Shown piece by piece: positions 35,710-45,138 of a DNA stretch of 64,000 nucleotides. Every line of letters begins with the position of its first letter. Within the stretch, counting starts at the first letter, position 1. Source of the DNA: a bacterium. GTDB taxonomy: Bacteria > Patescibacteriota > Minisyncoccia > UBA6257 > 02-FULL-45-10c. The position numbers and the translations under genes are program-made. The DNA is taken from positions 4,663-68,662 of the forward strand of contig JAUSKT010000012.1 in the NCBI GenBank assembly GCA_030646915.1. The letters run 5' to 3'. The notes beneath the pieces were generated by a model. The model was not told the DNA's origin. It ran no database searches and was given only the letters and a program-made list of their open reading frames with translations.

Positions 35710-36777
35710 TTATTCTAAACTAAGGCTATAAAGCTTATTATCGTATCTGTTTTTAAAGAGCAGTTTTCCGCCAGCGAATTCTAGATGTTCAGCGTCAATT
35801 ATGATATCGGAATTTTCTAATAATAATTTTGAAGCCGCAGTGGCTAGGTTTATTTCATACAAATTATCGTCAAAATATACAGATTTTTTAAAATAATCAT
35901 CTGGTAAAAGCACCCCCTCTTTTATAAGTTTTGGAATGGCGCAATAAATTTTTTCCTTTTCCACCAAGCATTTGCTTGGAAGGGTAATAAAAGAAAGGTT
36001 GGTCAGATCATCCCCGGCTTTATTGATAATGCCAGTAACCGGAGAACGATTTTCATTGTGGTTTTTAATGCCGAATTCTCCATTTGGATACCACTTTATC
36101 CACAAACCGGATTGATTCTTTGTAACCGGAACCAGGCTTTTGGTAGACAGATTTAATGACCAGAGCGAAGAAGGTGTATCTGCGCTGGGGGTTTCATATA
36201 GAAGCAAGGTGTCGCCGGAAACCCAATTTAAAACCAAGTCTTTTTGGGTTAATTTTAAAACATCTCTGGTTTTTTGAGTGTCCGGATTAAAAATTTTTAA
36301 TCCCTTATCATCAAGATAAATTATTTCTTGGTTAGTCGGAGACCAATCCGCCGCTGAAATATTAGGCGGCAAAGCCTGCCAATTGTTAGTGGCGGTATTG
36401 AAAATACTGAAGCTGATTGCATCCGGATAATTTAATTTTACCAAAGCTAAAACCCCGCTATTGGAAGCTTTTAAATTATTAAATTTATTAATAGTTTGAG
36501 AATTTACCAATTCTTCTCCGCCAGAGCCAATCTTAATTACTTGCCCTAAGGGATTGAGGTAATAAATAAAATTATTTACCCGATTTACCCAATAATCAGA
36601 GATTTCATTATTAGATAAAAGTTTTAATTTTTGCGGAAGCTCGGTTGGCTGGGTATTTTCGGTATCTGGAGAAATCAGTTTTTTAAATAAATTTTGCCAA
36701 AGAAAATATCCTCCAACGAGTATTCCAAGCGTTATTAAAATTCCTAAACCAGTTTTTAAATATTTTTTCCAGTTCAT
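35710..36777 (-). CDS. Membrane-anchored beta-propeller-like protein (TolB/PD40-like), last gene of the T4SS-like cluster
   Basis: 355 aa with an N-terminal TM helix and a repetitive beta-strand-rich body. Confidence 0.45.
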   Translation of the reverse strand: MNWKKYLKTGLGILITLGILVGGYFLWQNLFKKLISPDTENTQPTELPQKLKLLSNNEISDYWVNRVNNFIYYLNPLGQVIKIGSGGEELVNSQTINKFNNLKASNSGVLALVKLNYPDAISFSIFNTATNNWQALPPNISAADWSPTNQEIIYLDDKGLKIFNPDTQKTRDVLKLTQKDLVLNWVSGDTLLLYETPSADTPSSLWSLNLSTKSLVPVTKNQSGLWIKWYPNGEFGIKNHNENRSPVTGIINKAGDDLTNLSFITLPSKCLVEKEKIYCAIPKLIKEGVLLPDDYFKKSVYFDDNLYEINLATAASKLLLENSDIIIDAEHLEFAGGKLLFKNRYDNKLYSLSLE

Positions 36778-36882
36778 CCCGTTTAGAAAATTAAAATAAA
36801 CGTCTTGTCGACTGAAGACTTCCGATACTGCTCTATAAAATTATTGCTATGTATAAACATATTTATTAATTTTCTAACGGGA
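36777..36882 (-). mobile_element. TIR element, long subfamily A (106 nt), on the start codon of 35710-36777
   Basis: TIRs are intact. Flanks are TGCA/TGAA (3 of 4 match). The internal frame encodes MHPVRKLINMFIHSNNFIEQYRKSSVDKTFILIF. Confidence 0.85.
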
Positions 36883-36888
36883 TGCATA

Positions 36889-38022
36889 CTATTTAATTAC
36901 GCAGCGCCCGCCGTCATCCATAGAATAACCTTTATCAATGTCACAAACTGAACAATCAGATCCATAACGGCCAGTAGAACAAGTTAAGCAGACAATTTTT
37001 GATTTATTTTCGCCATTCACGATAACTGACACCTGCATACTTGTTGAACAAGCGCTGGCGTGTTCTGGATTAATTACTTCTCCCGGGACGGGGCTTTGTT
37101 CTTGGCCCGTGCTTTGATCTGTACCTTGATTTCCCCCAGGAAGATTTTCTATATTAATAATTTCTGCGTTTGGGTTTCGTAAGTTTACTAAATCCGGATT
37201 AATCGTATAAAGAACTATATAGGCTCCTAATAATAGCGCCAATCCTAGAATTGCCTGAGTGATTTGATCTTTGGCGTCTTGCTGGTTAGTAATACTTCCG
37301 GCCGACAAAATATACTTTACTGAGCCAAAAATAATAGAACCAAATGCCACAAGGCCGGCAATCATCAGTCCGAATTGATAAAGCCTGGCAATATAACCAG
37401 CTGGAGTCGCAGTTGTTGGACAAGCTCCGCCGGCGATATTGGGGTCGCAAGGAATTGGGACGGAAAGCTCGTATGGTTTTACGGTTCCGCTTATTTTGGG
37501 CAATTCCGGCGCCGTACCTTCTTTAATATCCCCAATTAAGGCATCCTTTTCTGATTTAGCAGCTACGCATGCCTTCATATATTTTCCTTCCCCTAGTGGC
37601 ATATCTATTGGTTGTATATGAGTACTTTCTTTTGGCCAAGTTAGTCCAAATACATCTTTTTCAACTCCAGTTGGACACTTGCCATCTGTCTGGGTAGTCA
37701 CAAAATAAGTTTTTTTATAAGTTTCAGGAATTTTACTGACGCTGAACGGAACCTCAATTTTGACTTGGCTGGCATCATCAATCTTTGTCCAAATAGTATT
37801 GCCATTATCGGACGGGATTGGGCAACTCTTTTCTTCACCTACTATAATCACTGGGATTGGATTTCTATCCAACCATTTTCCATTTTTATCCTGGGCGTAG
37901 CATTTTGTTTCAGCAAAAACTACCGTCATGGGCTGAATTAAAATAAATCCAGTTAATAAAATCACCGCCCAAAGTTTTTTATTTATGATGTTTATGTTTT
38001 GATGTTGCATTTTATTTAACAA
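36889..38022 (-). CDS. Secreted Cys-rich protein with an embedded T4SS-pilin-like (TrbC/VirB2-type) two-helix domain
   Basis: 377 aa with a signal/TM at the N-terminus. The central hairpin of two hydrophobic helices (LMIAGLVAFGSIIFGSVKYILSAG...AILGLALLLGAYIVLYTI) follows the CPR T4SS pilin pattern. Confidence 0.5.
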   Translation of the reverse strand: MLNKMQHQNINIINKKLWAVILLTGFILIQPMTVVFAETKCYAQDKNGKWLDRNPIPVIIVGEEKSCPIPSDNGNTIWTKIDDASQVKIEVPFSVSKIPETYKKTYFVTTQTDGKCPTGVEKDVFGLTWPKESTHIQPIDMPLGEGKYMKACVAAKSEKDALIGDIKEGTAPELPKISGTVKPYELSVPIPCDPNIAGGACPTTATPAGYIARLYQFGLMIAGLVAFGSIIFGSVKYILSAGSITNQQDAKDQITQAILGLALLLGAYIVLYTINPDLVNLRNPNAEIINIENLPGGNQGTDQSTGQEQSPVPGEVINPEHASACSTSMQVSVIVNGENKSKIVCLTCSTGRYGSDCSVCDIDKGYSMDDGGRCVIK

Positions 38023-38713
38023 TTAAATTTAAACTTTTTCCGGCCAACTCCAGCTGATTAAAAACATTTTGAATTGTGGCGCCGACACTAAGTTCGGTTT
38101 TAATTGGCGTTCCCTGGGAATTTAAATCAAGCTCCAATATTTCCGGATTTTCCGCAAAGCCGGAGACCTTTTTTCCGTTTAAAGACCAAGAAAAATTCAA
38201 ATTTTTTAAATTATTCACATTAAAAAAGTATGGCTGGGCGACAATTCTGCGCAAGCCGGTTCTAATTTCTTTATAAGGGACCTTCGCATCAATTACCACG
38301 CTTGGGCTGGCAACTGGGATGGAAAATAAATAATCAAGGTCGTTGCCCTTATAACCAACAGTTATTCTTATTAATTGGCTAGTTCCGCCGGATTTGATTT
38401 CTTGGAATTTTATTGATTTTAATCCAGTTCCAGAAGATATTAATTGTTCGTCTTGATACCACCGGATATTGCTGGCGGATAAATCTACCACTTTATTTTT
38501 ATCAATTAAATCAAAACCGGCCTCAATAAAGCTATTTTTAGTTGGAAAAATTTTGCCAAGATAATTTGCCGGCACATAACTGCTGGCTTTCCAAGAAACT
38601 AAAAATTCCGGAGTAGTTTGGGCGGAAGCACTAATAAGTAAAAAGCAAAAAGTCAAAAGTAGAAATAAGATTAAGCCAAGAATTATTTTAAATTTTATAC
38701 TTTGAGTTTGCAT
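38012..38713 (-). CDS. Hypothetical secreted protein (T4SS-like cluster)
   Basis: 233 aa with an N-terminal signal peptide. Overlaps the downstream gene by 11 nt. Confidence 0.5.
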   Translation of the reverse strand: MQTQSIKFKIILGLILFLLLTFCFLLISASAQTTPEFLVSWKASSYVPANYLGKIFPTKNSFIEAGFDLIDKNKVVDLSASNIRWYQDEQLISSGTGLKSIKFQEIKSGGTSQLIRITVGYKGNDLDYLFSIPVASPSVVIDAKVPYKEIRTGLRRIVAQPYFFNVNNLKNLNFSWSLNGKKVSGFAENPEILELDLNSQGTPIKTELSVGATIQNVFNQLELAGKSLNLIVK

Positions 38714-39079
38714 TTATTTTATCGGTTTAGTAAATTTAGTTGCTTTTCCAACCGCCTCTTTTGCTTTTGGCGGGAGGTTGTCTTCTACTATAGTAGCGAT
38801 TATTGCGAGAGTATAAAACGGAAGGGCATTAAGAATGGGTATAAGCTCGCCAATGCCTCCACCCAAAAGCCATTTAACACTCACCCCCTTCATATTAAGC
38901 CAAAAAAGCAGTATTAACCAAATGGCAATGCCACAAAACCAAGCAATTATGGGGAACATAACACCAACCAAAGGAATGGCTAGGCCGGCAATCCCAGCGA
39001 CTCCGGACACATCAGCTATTACTGCAAGAATAAGCATAAACATTCCCTCAACAACATTAATTTTTGAATTTTTCTCCAT
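38714..39079 (-). CDS. Small polytopic membrane protein (T4SS-like cluster)
   Basis: 121 aa with 3-4 TM helices. Abuts the next gene with no gap. Confidence 0.5.
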   Translation of the reverse strand: MEKNSKINVVEGMFMLILAVIADVSGVAGIAGLAIPLVGVMFPIIAWFCGIAIWLILLFWLNMKGVSVKWLLGGGIGELIPILNALPFYTLAIIATIVEDNLPPKAKEAVGKATKFTKPIK

Positions 39080-39148
39080 ATGTAAAATTCCTAATTTCTA
39101 AATTTTAAATATTTCATTAGGAATTAGATATTAGGTATTAGAAATTAT

Positions 39149-40864
39149 TTATCCCCTTTGTTCCAATATTTGTTCGGGCTTGGTGGTGACAATTTTATCT
39201 TCAAGATAAGAGGCTATAACTTGGATTGCCACATGATTTAATCCGGCAAAAAACAGCCCCTCCCCAATTTTTGCTTCCAAGAGAAGGCTTTTTTCTCCCT
39301 CGGTTAAATTAAAAGTTTTAGCAACCATATCAATCATTGCCGGGGCCTGTTTTAAAAGAAGCTGTAAAGATGAGTTGGTAATAATCGGCCGGCCATATGG
39401 AGATTTTAAGAAATCTTCCACATCTTGAGTAATAGTAGTTACGCCCATAAAATATTTCCGGCATCGTTTTACCAATCCAAATAAGAAAGTGGCGCCATCT
39501 TCATGTTTCATAATTACCCAAGCTTCATCAATAACCAGCACTCGTTTTTTAAGATTGGCGCGGATTAAGTTCCAGATGAAATTCAAAACAATATACATTG
39601 CAATCGGCCGGAGTTCGTCTTCCAGGTCTCGGATAGAAAAAACAATCAAACGATTTTTAATATCCACATTAGTCGGTTGATTGGTAAATCCTCCATAGCT
39701 GCCTTGGGTATATTTATATAATCTTTCCGCAAGTCCCCGCCCGCCCTCCATATTTTCCATAACTTTTTGGAGGTCTTCTAAAAGCGGAGGCGCGGCATTA
39801 GAAAAATCTTTTCCGGGAATAATATCGTGGGAAGCGTAAGTTTCTGAAAGCGCCCTGTCTAAAATCGCATCTTCTTCGGGAGTAATTTTTCCAAGCATTA
39901 TTTTTAAAAGTCCGGCTAAGTTTACGATATGGGAACGAAGAACATCACTAGGATCTTCGTCTGTAGGAATTATCGGAATATCAAAAGGATTGACGTGGTG
40001 ATCAGATGCTAAAGAAATTTTAAAATAGCTTCCGCCGACGGCGGCAGTAAGATTTTCATATTCATTTTCCGGATCAATAACAATGACATCTATTCCAAGC
40101 ATCAAAAGCCTTAAAATTTCCAGTTTAGTGGCATAAGATTTTCCACTTCCAGATTTGGCGAAAATCACCATATTGGCATTTTCTAAAGAAAATCGGTCGA
40201 AAATTACAAGCGTATTATTAAGCCGGTTAATGCCATACATAAGGCCGTCATTTGAAGTAAGTTCAGAGGAGGTAAAGGGAAAGACAGAAGAAAGCGGGCC
40301 GGAATTCAATGGTGAATGGATTAATAATTTATCTTGGCCGATAGGCAGAGTTGATCCAAAGCCTTCTAATTGTTGAAAAAGCGCCGGTTTGACATAGATC
40401 AGGCGGCTTTCGAGTAAAGAGGTTATTTTATTTTCTAATTTATGGAGAGCTTCTATAGTATCGGCATAAACAGTGATATAGACGCCGACATTAAATAAAT
40501 GTTCTCTTGATTGCTGTAAAGAATCCCGCAAAGATTCAATGTCTTGAAAGGCGGTTTCTAGCATAGGATCGCGCACCATTCCCTTCTCCTGCCTTTCAAT
40601 TACTTGAGATTCTACTTGAGCAGCCTTTTTACGGAGTCTTTTAAGGGCCATTGGCGTTTCTACTGGATGAATAAAGATGGAAATATCCAGAAGTTCCGGC
40701 ATATCAATAATTCCGGAAAACCAGCCAGTGGCCAAATATCTGGGATAAGTAAAAATGAAAATAGTTTTTACAAACTTATCTCCAAGTTTTAAATAATTGG
40801 AATTCACTTCCAGCGCCGGTGGCGCAATTGCATTGATTAAATTTTTATTTTGTTCTTCAGCCAT
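39149..40864 (-). CDS. virB4: VirB4/TrbE/PrgJ-type conjugation/T4SS ATPase
   Basis: 571 aa with Walker A AKSGSGKSY, Walker B VLVIDEAW and a C-terminal TTITQDVEDF region. Confidence 0.8.
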   Translation of the reverse strand: MAEEQNKNLINAIAPPALEVNSNYLKLGDKFVKTIFIFTYPRYLATGWFSGIIDMPELLDISIFIHPVETPMALKRLRKKAAQVESQVIERQEKGMVRDPMLETAFQDIESLRDSLQQSREHLFNVGVYITVYADTIEALHKLENKITSLLESRLIYVKPALFQQLEGFGSTLPIGQDKLLIHSPLNSGPLSSVFPFTSSELTSNDGLMYGINRLNNTLVIFDRFSLENANMVIFAKSGSGKSYATKLEILRLLMLGIDVIVIDPENEYENLTAAVGGSYFKISLASDHHVNPFDIPIIPTDEDPSDVLRSHIVNLAGLLKIMLGKITPEEDAILDRALSETYASHDIIPGKDFSNAAPPLLEDLQKVMENMEGGRGLAERLYKYTQGSYGGFTNQPTNVDIKNRLIVFSIRDLEDELRPIAMYIVLNFIWNLIRANLKKRVLVIDEAWVIMKHEDGATFLFGLVKRCRKYFMGVTTITQDVEDFLKSPYGRPIITNSSLQLLLKQAPAMIDMVAKTFNLTEGEKSLLLEAKIGEGLFFAGLNHVAIQVIASYLEDKIVTTKPEQILEQRG

Positions 40865-40968
40865 CCCGTTAGAAAATTAAATTAAACATCTTGCCGACTA
40901 AAGACTTCCGATATTGCTCTATAAAATTTTGGTTTAGTTTAAACATATTTATTAATTTTCTAACGGGA
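40864..40968 (-). mobile_element. TIR element, long subfamily A (105 nt), on the virB4 start codon; supplies the stop codon of the upstream gene
   Basis: TIRs are intact and no flanking duplication is seen. The TAG of ORF 40960-41631 (40960-40962) lies inside the element terminus cccgTTAGaaaa. Confidence 0.85.
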
Positions 40969-41631
40969 TTCTTCTCCGCCTATTTCCACTCCTCTTTTTT
41001 CGGTGGTGGCTGGATTATAAAGATTATAAAAAAGTTCAATTAATTCATCGTCGTTTAAGGGGACGGCTCGGAGGCCAATTTGATTTAAACCGTCAATTAC
41101 TTGATCTACTCTTTGATCGAGCTGTTCCTGGATTTCTTTAAGATTTTCTTTTTGAGCTTCGCCCTCACCGGCGCTTTTAGATTTGAACCAGCCGGTGATT
41201 TTTTCCGCGACATCCAGCCCGGCCTGGGGAATTTGGATTGGATCGTAAGGCACCACCAAAAAAAACCTCTTTTGCATAATGGCATTTTGAGAAACAAAAG
41301 CTTTGATGAATTCCCTGTATTCCACGATTTGATTCCGCAAAAGCTCGTTTTCTTCCTGGGTTTCCCGCTCTTCAAGCTTGGAAAGATACTCCTCTATATT
41401 TAATTTTCTGGAATGGATAAAAATTTGAATCGAGAAATCCAGAGAGTTTAAAAACCCCTGAAAGGCATAAGTAATTATTCCCTGCTCTTCTTCGGATTTC
41501 AGGGCAAAATTAGTGCCGGAAACTAAAAGGATTTTTCTAAGCGTTCCGCTTTTTAATTTAATTACCCCATCTTCTATCGATTGGATATCGATAAATTCTT
41601 GTGTAGGCAATGATTCAGATTTTTGCATCAT
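40960..41631 (-). CDS. Hypothetical soluble protein (T4SS-like cluster; weak resemblance to VirB4 N-terminal domains)
   Basis: 223 aa. The pattern GTLRKILLVSGTNFALKSEEEQ...IQIFIH parallels the N-terminal part of the following VirB4. Confidence 0.5.
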   Translation of the reverse strand: MMQKSESLPTQEFIDIQSIEDGVIKLKSGTLRKILLVSGTNFALKSEEEQGIITYAFQGFLNSLDFSIQIFIHSRKLNIEEYLSKLEERETQEENELLRNQIVEYREFIKAFVSQNAIMQKRFFLVVPYDPIQIPQAGLDVAEKITGWFKSKSAGEGEAQKENLKEIQEQLDQRVDQVIDGLNQIGLRAVPLNDDELIELFYNLYNPATTEKRGVEIGGEESR

Positions 41632-41645
41632 AAGCTTATTATATA

Positions 41646-42161
41646 TTATCTATAGTCTACTCTTTTAGCTATTTCCCTTTCTCCGGTGATTTTCCGCATC
41701 ATTTCAAAGCGTTCCTTGCTGCTTTTTTCTCGGTCAGTGATTGCTGGGGCGAAAGCTTTTTCTCTTTTTGGAACCGGCTGTTTGCTGGTTTTTAATTGAT
41801 CCCAAAGATTATCAAGCAGCGATTTCGCCTGAGTTATTTTAAATCCGCCGGTTTTTAATTTCGGTTCAGCTATTTTGGGAGCAGCCTCCCTTCTCCAGAG
41901 ATAAAATCTTGGCTTCCAATAAAAATTAAAAGCCGCAAACACGATTATTGATAATGGCCGCCCATTTACTTTTATAAAGGCAAAAGATAAAGAAATAACA
42001 GCCAATACGAAAGTTATTAATATCCAAAGCCAGAGCTGTAAAAAGAAGAAAAGAAAAAAACTTATTCCGCCCGCAGTTGCAACGTATAAAAACTGCTTCA
42101 GGGTAAGCGGTCCAATAATCCTGTCTTCGGTTTCTATAAATTGCGGGACTTGAAAGTTCAT
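41646..42161 (-). CDS. PrgI/VirB3-like membrane protein
   Basis: 171 aa with an N-terminal VPQFIETEDRIIGPLTLKQF followed by two TM helices, the PrgI family pattern. Confidence 0.6.
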   Translation of the reverse strand: MNFQVPQFIETEDRIIGPLTLKQFLYVATAGGISFFLFFFLQLWLWILITFVLAVISLSFAFIKVNGRPLSIIVFAAFNFYWKPRFYLWRREAAPKIAEPKLKTGGFKITQAKSLLDNLWDQLKTSKQPVPKREKAFAPAITDREKSSKERFEMMRKITGEREIAKRVDYR

Positions 42162-42268
42162 CCCGTTAGAAAAATAAATTATAACGCCTTACGACTAACA
42201 GGTTTTCTATAATGCAATTATAAAATTTTGAATTATCTTTACACATGATTGTTATTTTTCTAACGGGA
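42161..42268 (-). mobile_element. TIR element, long subfamily B (108 nt), on the start codon of 41646-42161
   Basis: TGAA duplication on both sides. The internal frame encodes MNPVRKITIMCKDNSKFYNCIIENLLVVRRYNLFF and ends at a TAA 4 nt before the ATG. Confidence 0.85.
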
Positions 42269-42272
42269 TTCA

Positions 42273-42301
42273 TCCCTTCGTTAGTATTGTCTCTAACGGG
42301 A
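42273..42301 (-). mobile_element. 29-nt stub of a TIR element in tandem with the previous copy
   Basis: Gene sense reads tcccgttagagacaatactaacgaaggga between two further ATGAAT repeats. It is 9 codons long and in frame with the downstream element frame. Confidence 0.6.
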
Positions 42302-42305
42302 TTCA

Positions 42306-43220
42306 TTATTTATTTTTTAAATCAATAATGTTATCGCCTGATTTTTCGAATTTCCGCAAATCAATCCTGTTTTGATCCGCGGGATTTTTTGGCGTTCCAA
42401 TATTAGTAATTGGGGTTCTTGGGCCGCTGTAGTGAACTACTCTAGCAGCCGGATTATTTTCGGGTGTTTCCAGTCTTACTGATACTGCCTTAGAAGCAGA
42501 TTTTTTTTCTTCAGAAGCCGGCCGCGAATAGTTTTGAATTTTAATAGAAAGATCCGGCCTAGCATTAAAAGTTGGCTTAGGGGAAGAAACTTCTGTTTCT
42601 TGATGTAAGATAAATGGAGAAGATGGCGCTTCCAAAGATTGGAGATCAATTTTAGCTTCCTCTTTTTTAGGAGCAAGAGATGGCTCTAAAAAATCTTTAA
42701 ATGATTTTTGTACGCTAGCTTGTCCTAGTGATGAGGCTGGTCCCGTTAGAGACTCCGCCCGCGCTTGCGCGCCCGAAGGGCCTATGGGGCGGGCTGTCTC
42801 TAACGGGATGGCTGCTGATTGTGTCGCTGGTTCAGTTGCAGGTTTTTGCGCGGCAGAAGCTGATCCTGGCTTGCCAAAATAAATTAATTTTACATCCACG
42901 CCAACATCCCGCCTTAATTCATTTTCAATTGGTTTTAAAATTTTATTTTCAATATCTTCGGCGATGGATTTTGCGGTTGTAAAACTAACCATAAGTTCGT
43001 GACTTAGGGCATTTATAAACTCCGTAGGTTCAATATCTTGGGTTACAAGCCTAAATATTAGCTTCGGTATAATTATTCCCCGTTCATTCTTTATTCCCAG
43101 TCTTTGGTTTATTTCAGTAACTAGATAAGTAGTTTGTAGGGAAGAAAGCCGCTCTTTAACGTTTGGGGGCAATGACTCAAATGCAGCCCCCAAATTTTTA
43201 AATTCTTTAGTGTCGTCCAT
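42306..43220 (-). CDS. Hypothetical protein with Ala/Ser/Pro-rich linker (T4SS-like cluster), carrying an in-frame repeat insertion
   Basis: 304-aa ORF. A 22-codon GC-rich insert lies at 42742-42807. Confidence 0.5.
   Translation of the reverse strand: MDDTKEFKNLGAAFESLPPNVKERLSSLQTTYLVTEINQRLGIKNERGIIIPKLIFRLVTQDIEPTEFINALSHELMVSFTTAKSIAEDIENKILKPIENELRRDVGVDVKLIYFGKPGSASAAQKPATEPATQSAAIPLETARPIGPSGAQARAESLTGPASSLGQASVQKSFKDFLEPSLAPKKEEAKIDLQSLEAPSSPFILHQETEVSSPKPTFNARPDLSIKIQNYSRPASEEKKSASKAVSVRLETPENNPAARVVHYSGPRTPITNIGTPKNPADQNRIDLRKFEKSGDNIIDLKNK
42741..42808 (-). mobile_element. TIR element, short GC-rich form (68 nt), in frame inside 42306-43220
   Basis: tcccgttagagac...gtctctaacggga with a TGG duplication. 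It is read in a different frame from the other intragenic copies (IPLETARPIGPSGAQARAESLTG). Confidence 0.75.
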
Positions 43221-43223
43221 GGT

Positions 43224-45107
43224 TTATAAATTTATGACTTCTACAAAGTCTCCTGGCTCAGTATAAGATTGAAGAGCAACATTATTTTTAATAAACTCCC
43301 TTTTCTCATTTAATGAAGTCAACGGCCCCCTTCTTTGGTCTTTATCATTTATTTGTGCGACGTCTACTATTGCTTTCTTAAGCGCCCTGACTATAGCCAC
43401 TTTTTGTTCATTAGTGCCAAATTTAGTTATTTGTTCTATATGGCCAGTGCTTAAACTTAAGAATACTTCAGGATTTTCTAGCGCTTTTGCCGAAATGTCA
43501 TCTGCCTCTTTAACTTTTATTTTTTCTACTATTTTTTTAATGCCCCCCCCTATTCGTTTTGCCAAATCCGGCCTTGCCTTTGTTATTTCTTTATCAGTTC
43601 CAAATTTTTGGGCGATTTTCATTAATTCAGTAATTCGATCATCGCTGATTTTAATATTTGGACTGCCTTCAATAATTCCTTTCTCTCCAAGGGCTGCGGC
43701 AATTGCTGCGGTTTTAGCAGGATTAGTTAGGGCAGTTGTGCTATTTGCTAAAGAAGCTAAGCCATCAGGAGATAAATTACTAAATCCTTTTTTATAATTG
43801 GCGACATCTTCTTTTGCCGTTGTAGTGGCGTACTCATTAATTTTTTGGCCCAGCGTTGAAAGTCCAGTTGAAAACAGGGGCACTGCTCGGCTTTGGGCCA
43901 GATAAGACCCAGCTCTCTGTAAATAACTTTCTTTCTTTTCTGCTGGATTAGCTCCAAGATTAACCGCCCTATCCCTTATCCAACTTCCAACTCCTCCACC
44001 TACATATTTTCCAGCCCCAATCGGTGCCCCTATAATCATATTTTTTGCTCCTTGCGCCGCTTGCATAGTTAACGCTGCGCCTTCAATTCCCATATCATTT
44101 GCCACTTTTAAGCCGATACTTAAAAGTCCAATTACCGCGATCATTTGGCCGATAACTTCTGGAGCATTTGCCTGGAGGGGTAAAAATTGTTCTGCGCCTG
44201 GTATCGAAACATTGGTTACCGCGCTAGTTCCTTTTTTATCTACTAGCGCCAGAGCAAGATAAACAAATAAAGAAGTTGCCGGAGCAAACCAGACCCATTT
44301 GAAAAATTCGCCCCACCATTTACTCCAGCTGCCCGCGGTTTCCGGCCAGATCCAAAGCAGGCAGGCAATCGGCATTATAACCAGTAAAATATTCAGCATT
44401 ACATATCTTATAAAAAGCATTAAAGAGAGTCCCATGAGAGAAATGCCCGCGATAACGGTAAAAAAGGTTGCAAAAAACATTGAGCCCAGGAAAACTACGA
44501 AAGTATTAAAATCTGTAAGACCGCTGGTTAAATTTCTTAAAGTTTCTACACTACCAGATGGCTGGGTAAGATTTTGAACCCTAAATGCCCCCGCAAGTTC
44601 TGCGCCAAGATTTCCTATATTGCCGCCAGTAGCCTTGCTGATAAAAAAGTCAGTCATTACGCCGGAAAAATCAATAAATACTCCGGCAATCACCAAGCTG
44701 AAATTTACTAGGAGCGCGGCGGCGATTAATTTCCAGAGAGTTTGCTTCATTGCGTAGCTTTCAATCCTAAGAATAGTGGCAAAAGAAATTAAAATTATTG
44801 CAAGAACAAATCCTAAATTGGCAAGATCTCTTGAAATTACCCAGCCTATTTTAACCGTGCTGCTTTGTAAGATATTACTGTTTAAATTTAAAGACCAATT
44901 AGCTAAAGTGCCGCCAAATTGGACAAAAACTCCCCCAACATAGCCAATTAAATAAGTGATGACGGACGCCCCCTTAGAAAAGAAAGTCAAAGATGCGCCT
45001 TCTAAAAAGCTCATTTCTGCAAAGGCTGGCCGAACAATTAACAATGTTAAAACTACAACAGCCAGAGCTATAAGAAAGAATTTTTGTTTATTGTGGATTA
45101 TCGTCAT
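43224..45107 (-). CDS. VirB6/TrbL-like polytopic membrane protein with a soluble C-terminal domain
   Basis: 627 aa with a signal/TM, about 7 further TM helices, and then a hydrophilic tail of about 230 aa. Confidence 0.5.
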   Translation of the reverse strand: MTIIHNKQKFFLIALAVVVLTLLIVRPAFAEMSFLEGASLTFFSKGASVITYLIGYVGGVFVQFGGTLANWSLNLNSNILQSSTVKIGWVISRDLANLGFVLAIILISFATILRIESYAMKQTLWKLIAAALLVNFSLVIAGVFIDFSGVMTDFFISKATGGNIGNLGAELAGAFRVQNLTQPSGSVETLRNLTSGLTDFNTFVVFLGSMFFATFFTVIAGISLMGLSLMLFIRYVMLNILLVIMPIACLLWIWPETAGSWSKWWGEFFKWVWFAPATSLFVYLALALVDKKGTSAVTNVSIPGAEQFLPLQANAPEVIGQMIAVIGLLSIGLKVANDMGIEGAALTMQAAQGAKNMIIGAPIGAGKYVGGGVGSWIRDRAVNLGANPAEKKESYLQRAGSYLAQSRAVPLFSTGLSTLGQKINEYATTTAKEDVANYKKGFSNLSPDGLASLANSTTALTNPAKTAAIAAALGEKGIIEGSPNIKISDDRITELMKIAQKFGTDKEITKARPDLAKRIGGGIKKIVEKIKVKEADDISAKALENPEVFLSLSTGHIEQITKFGTNEQKVAIVRALKKAIVDVAQINDKDQRRGPLTSLNEKREFIKNNVALQSYTEPGDFVEVINL

Positions 45108-45138
45108 AATTTTCCAATATTATTTAAACCGATGGCGT

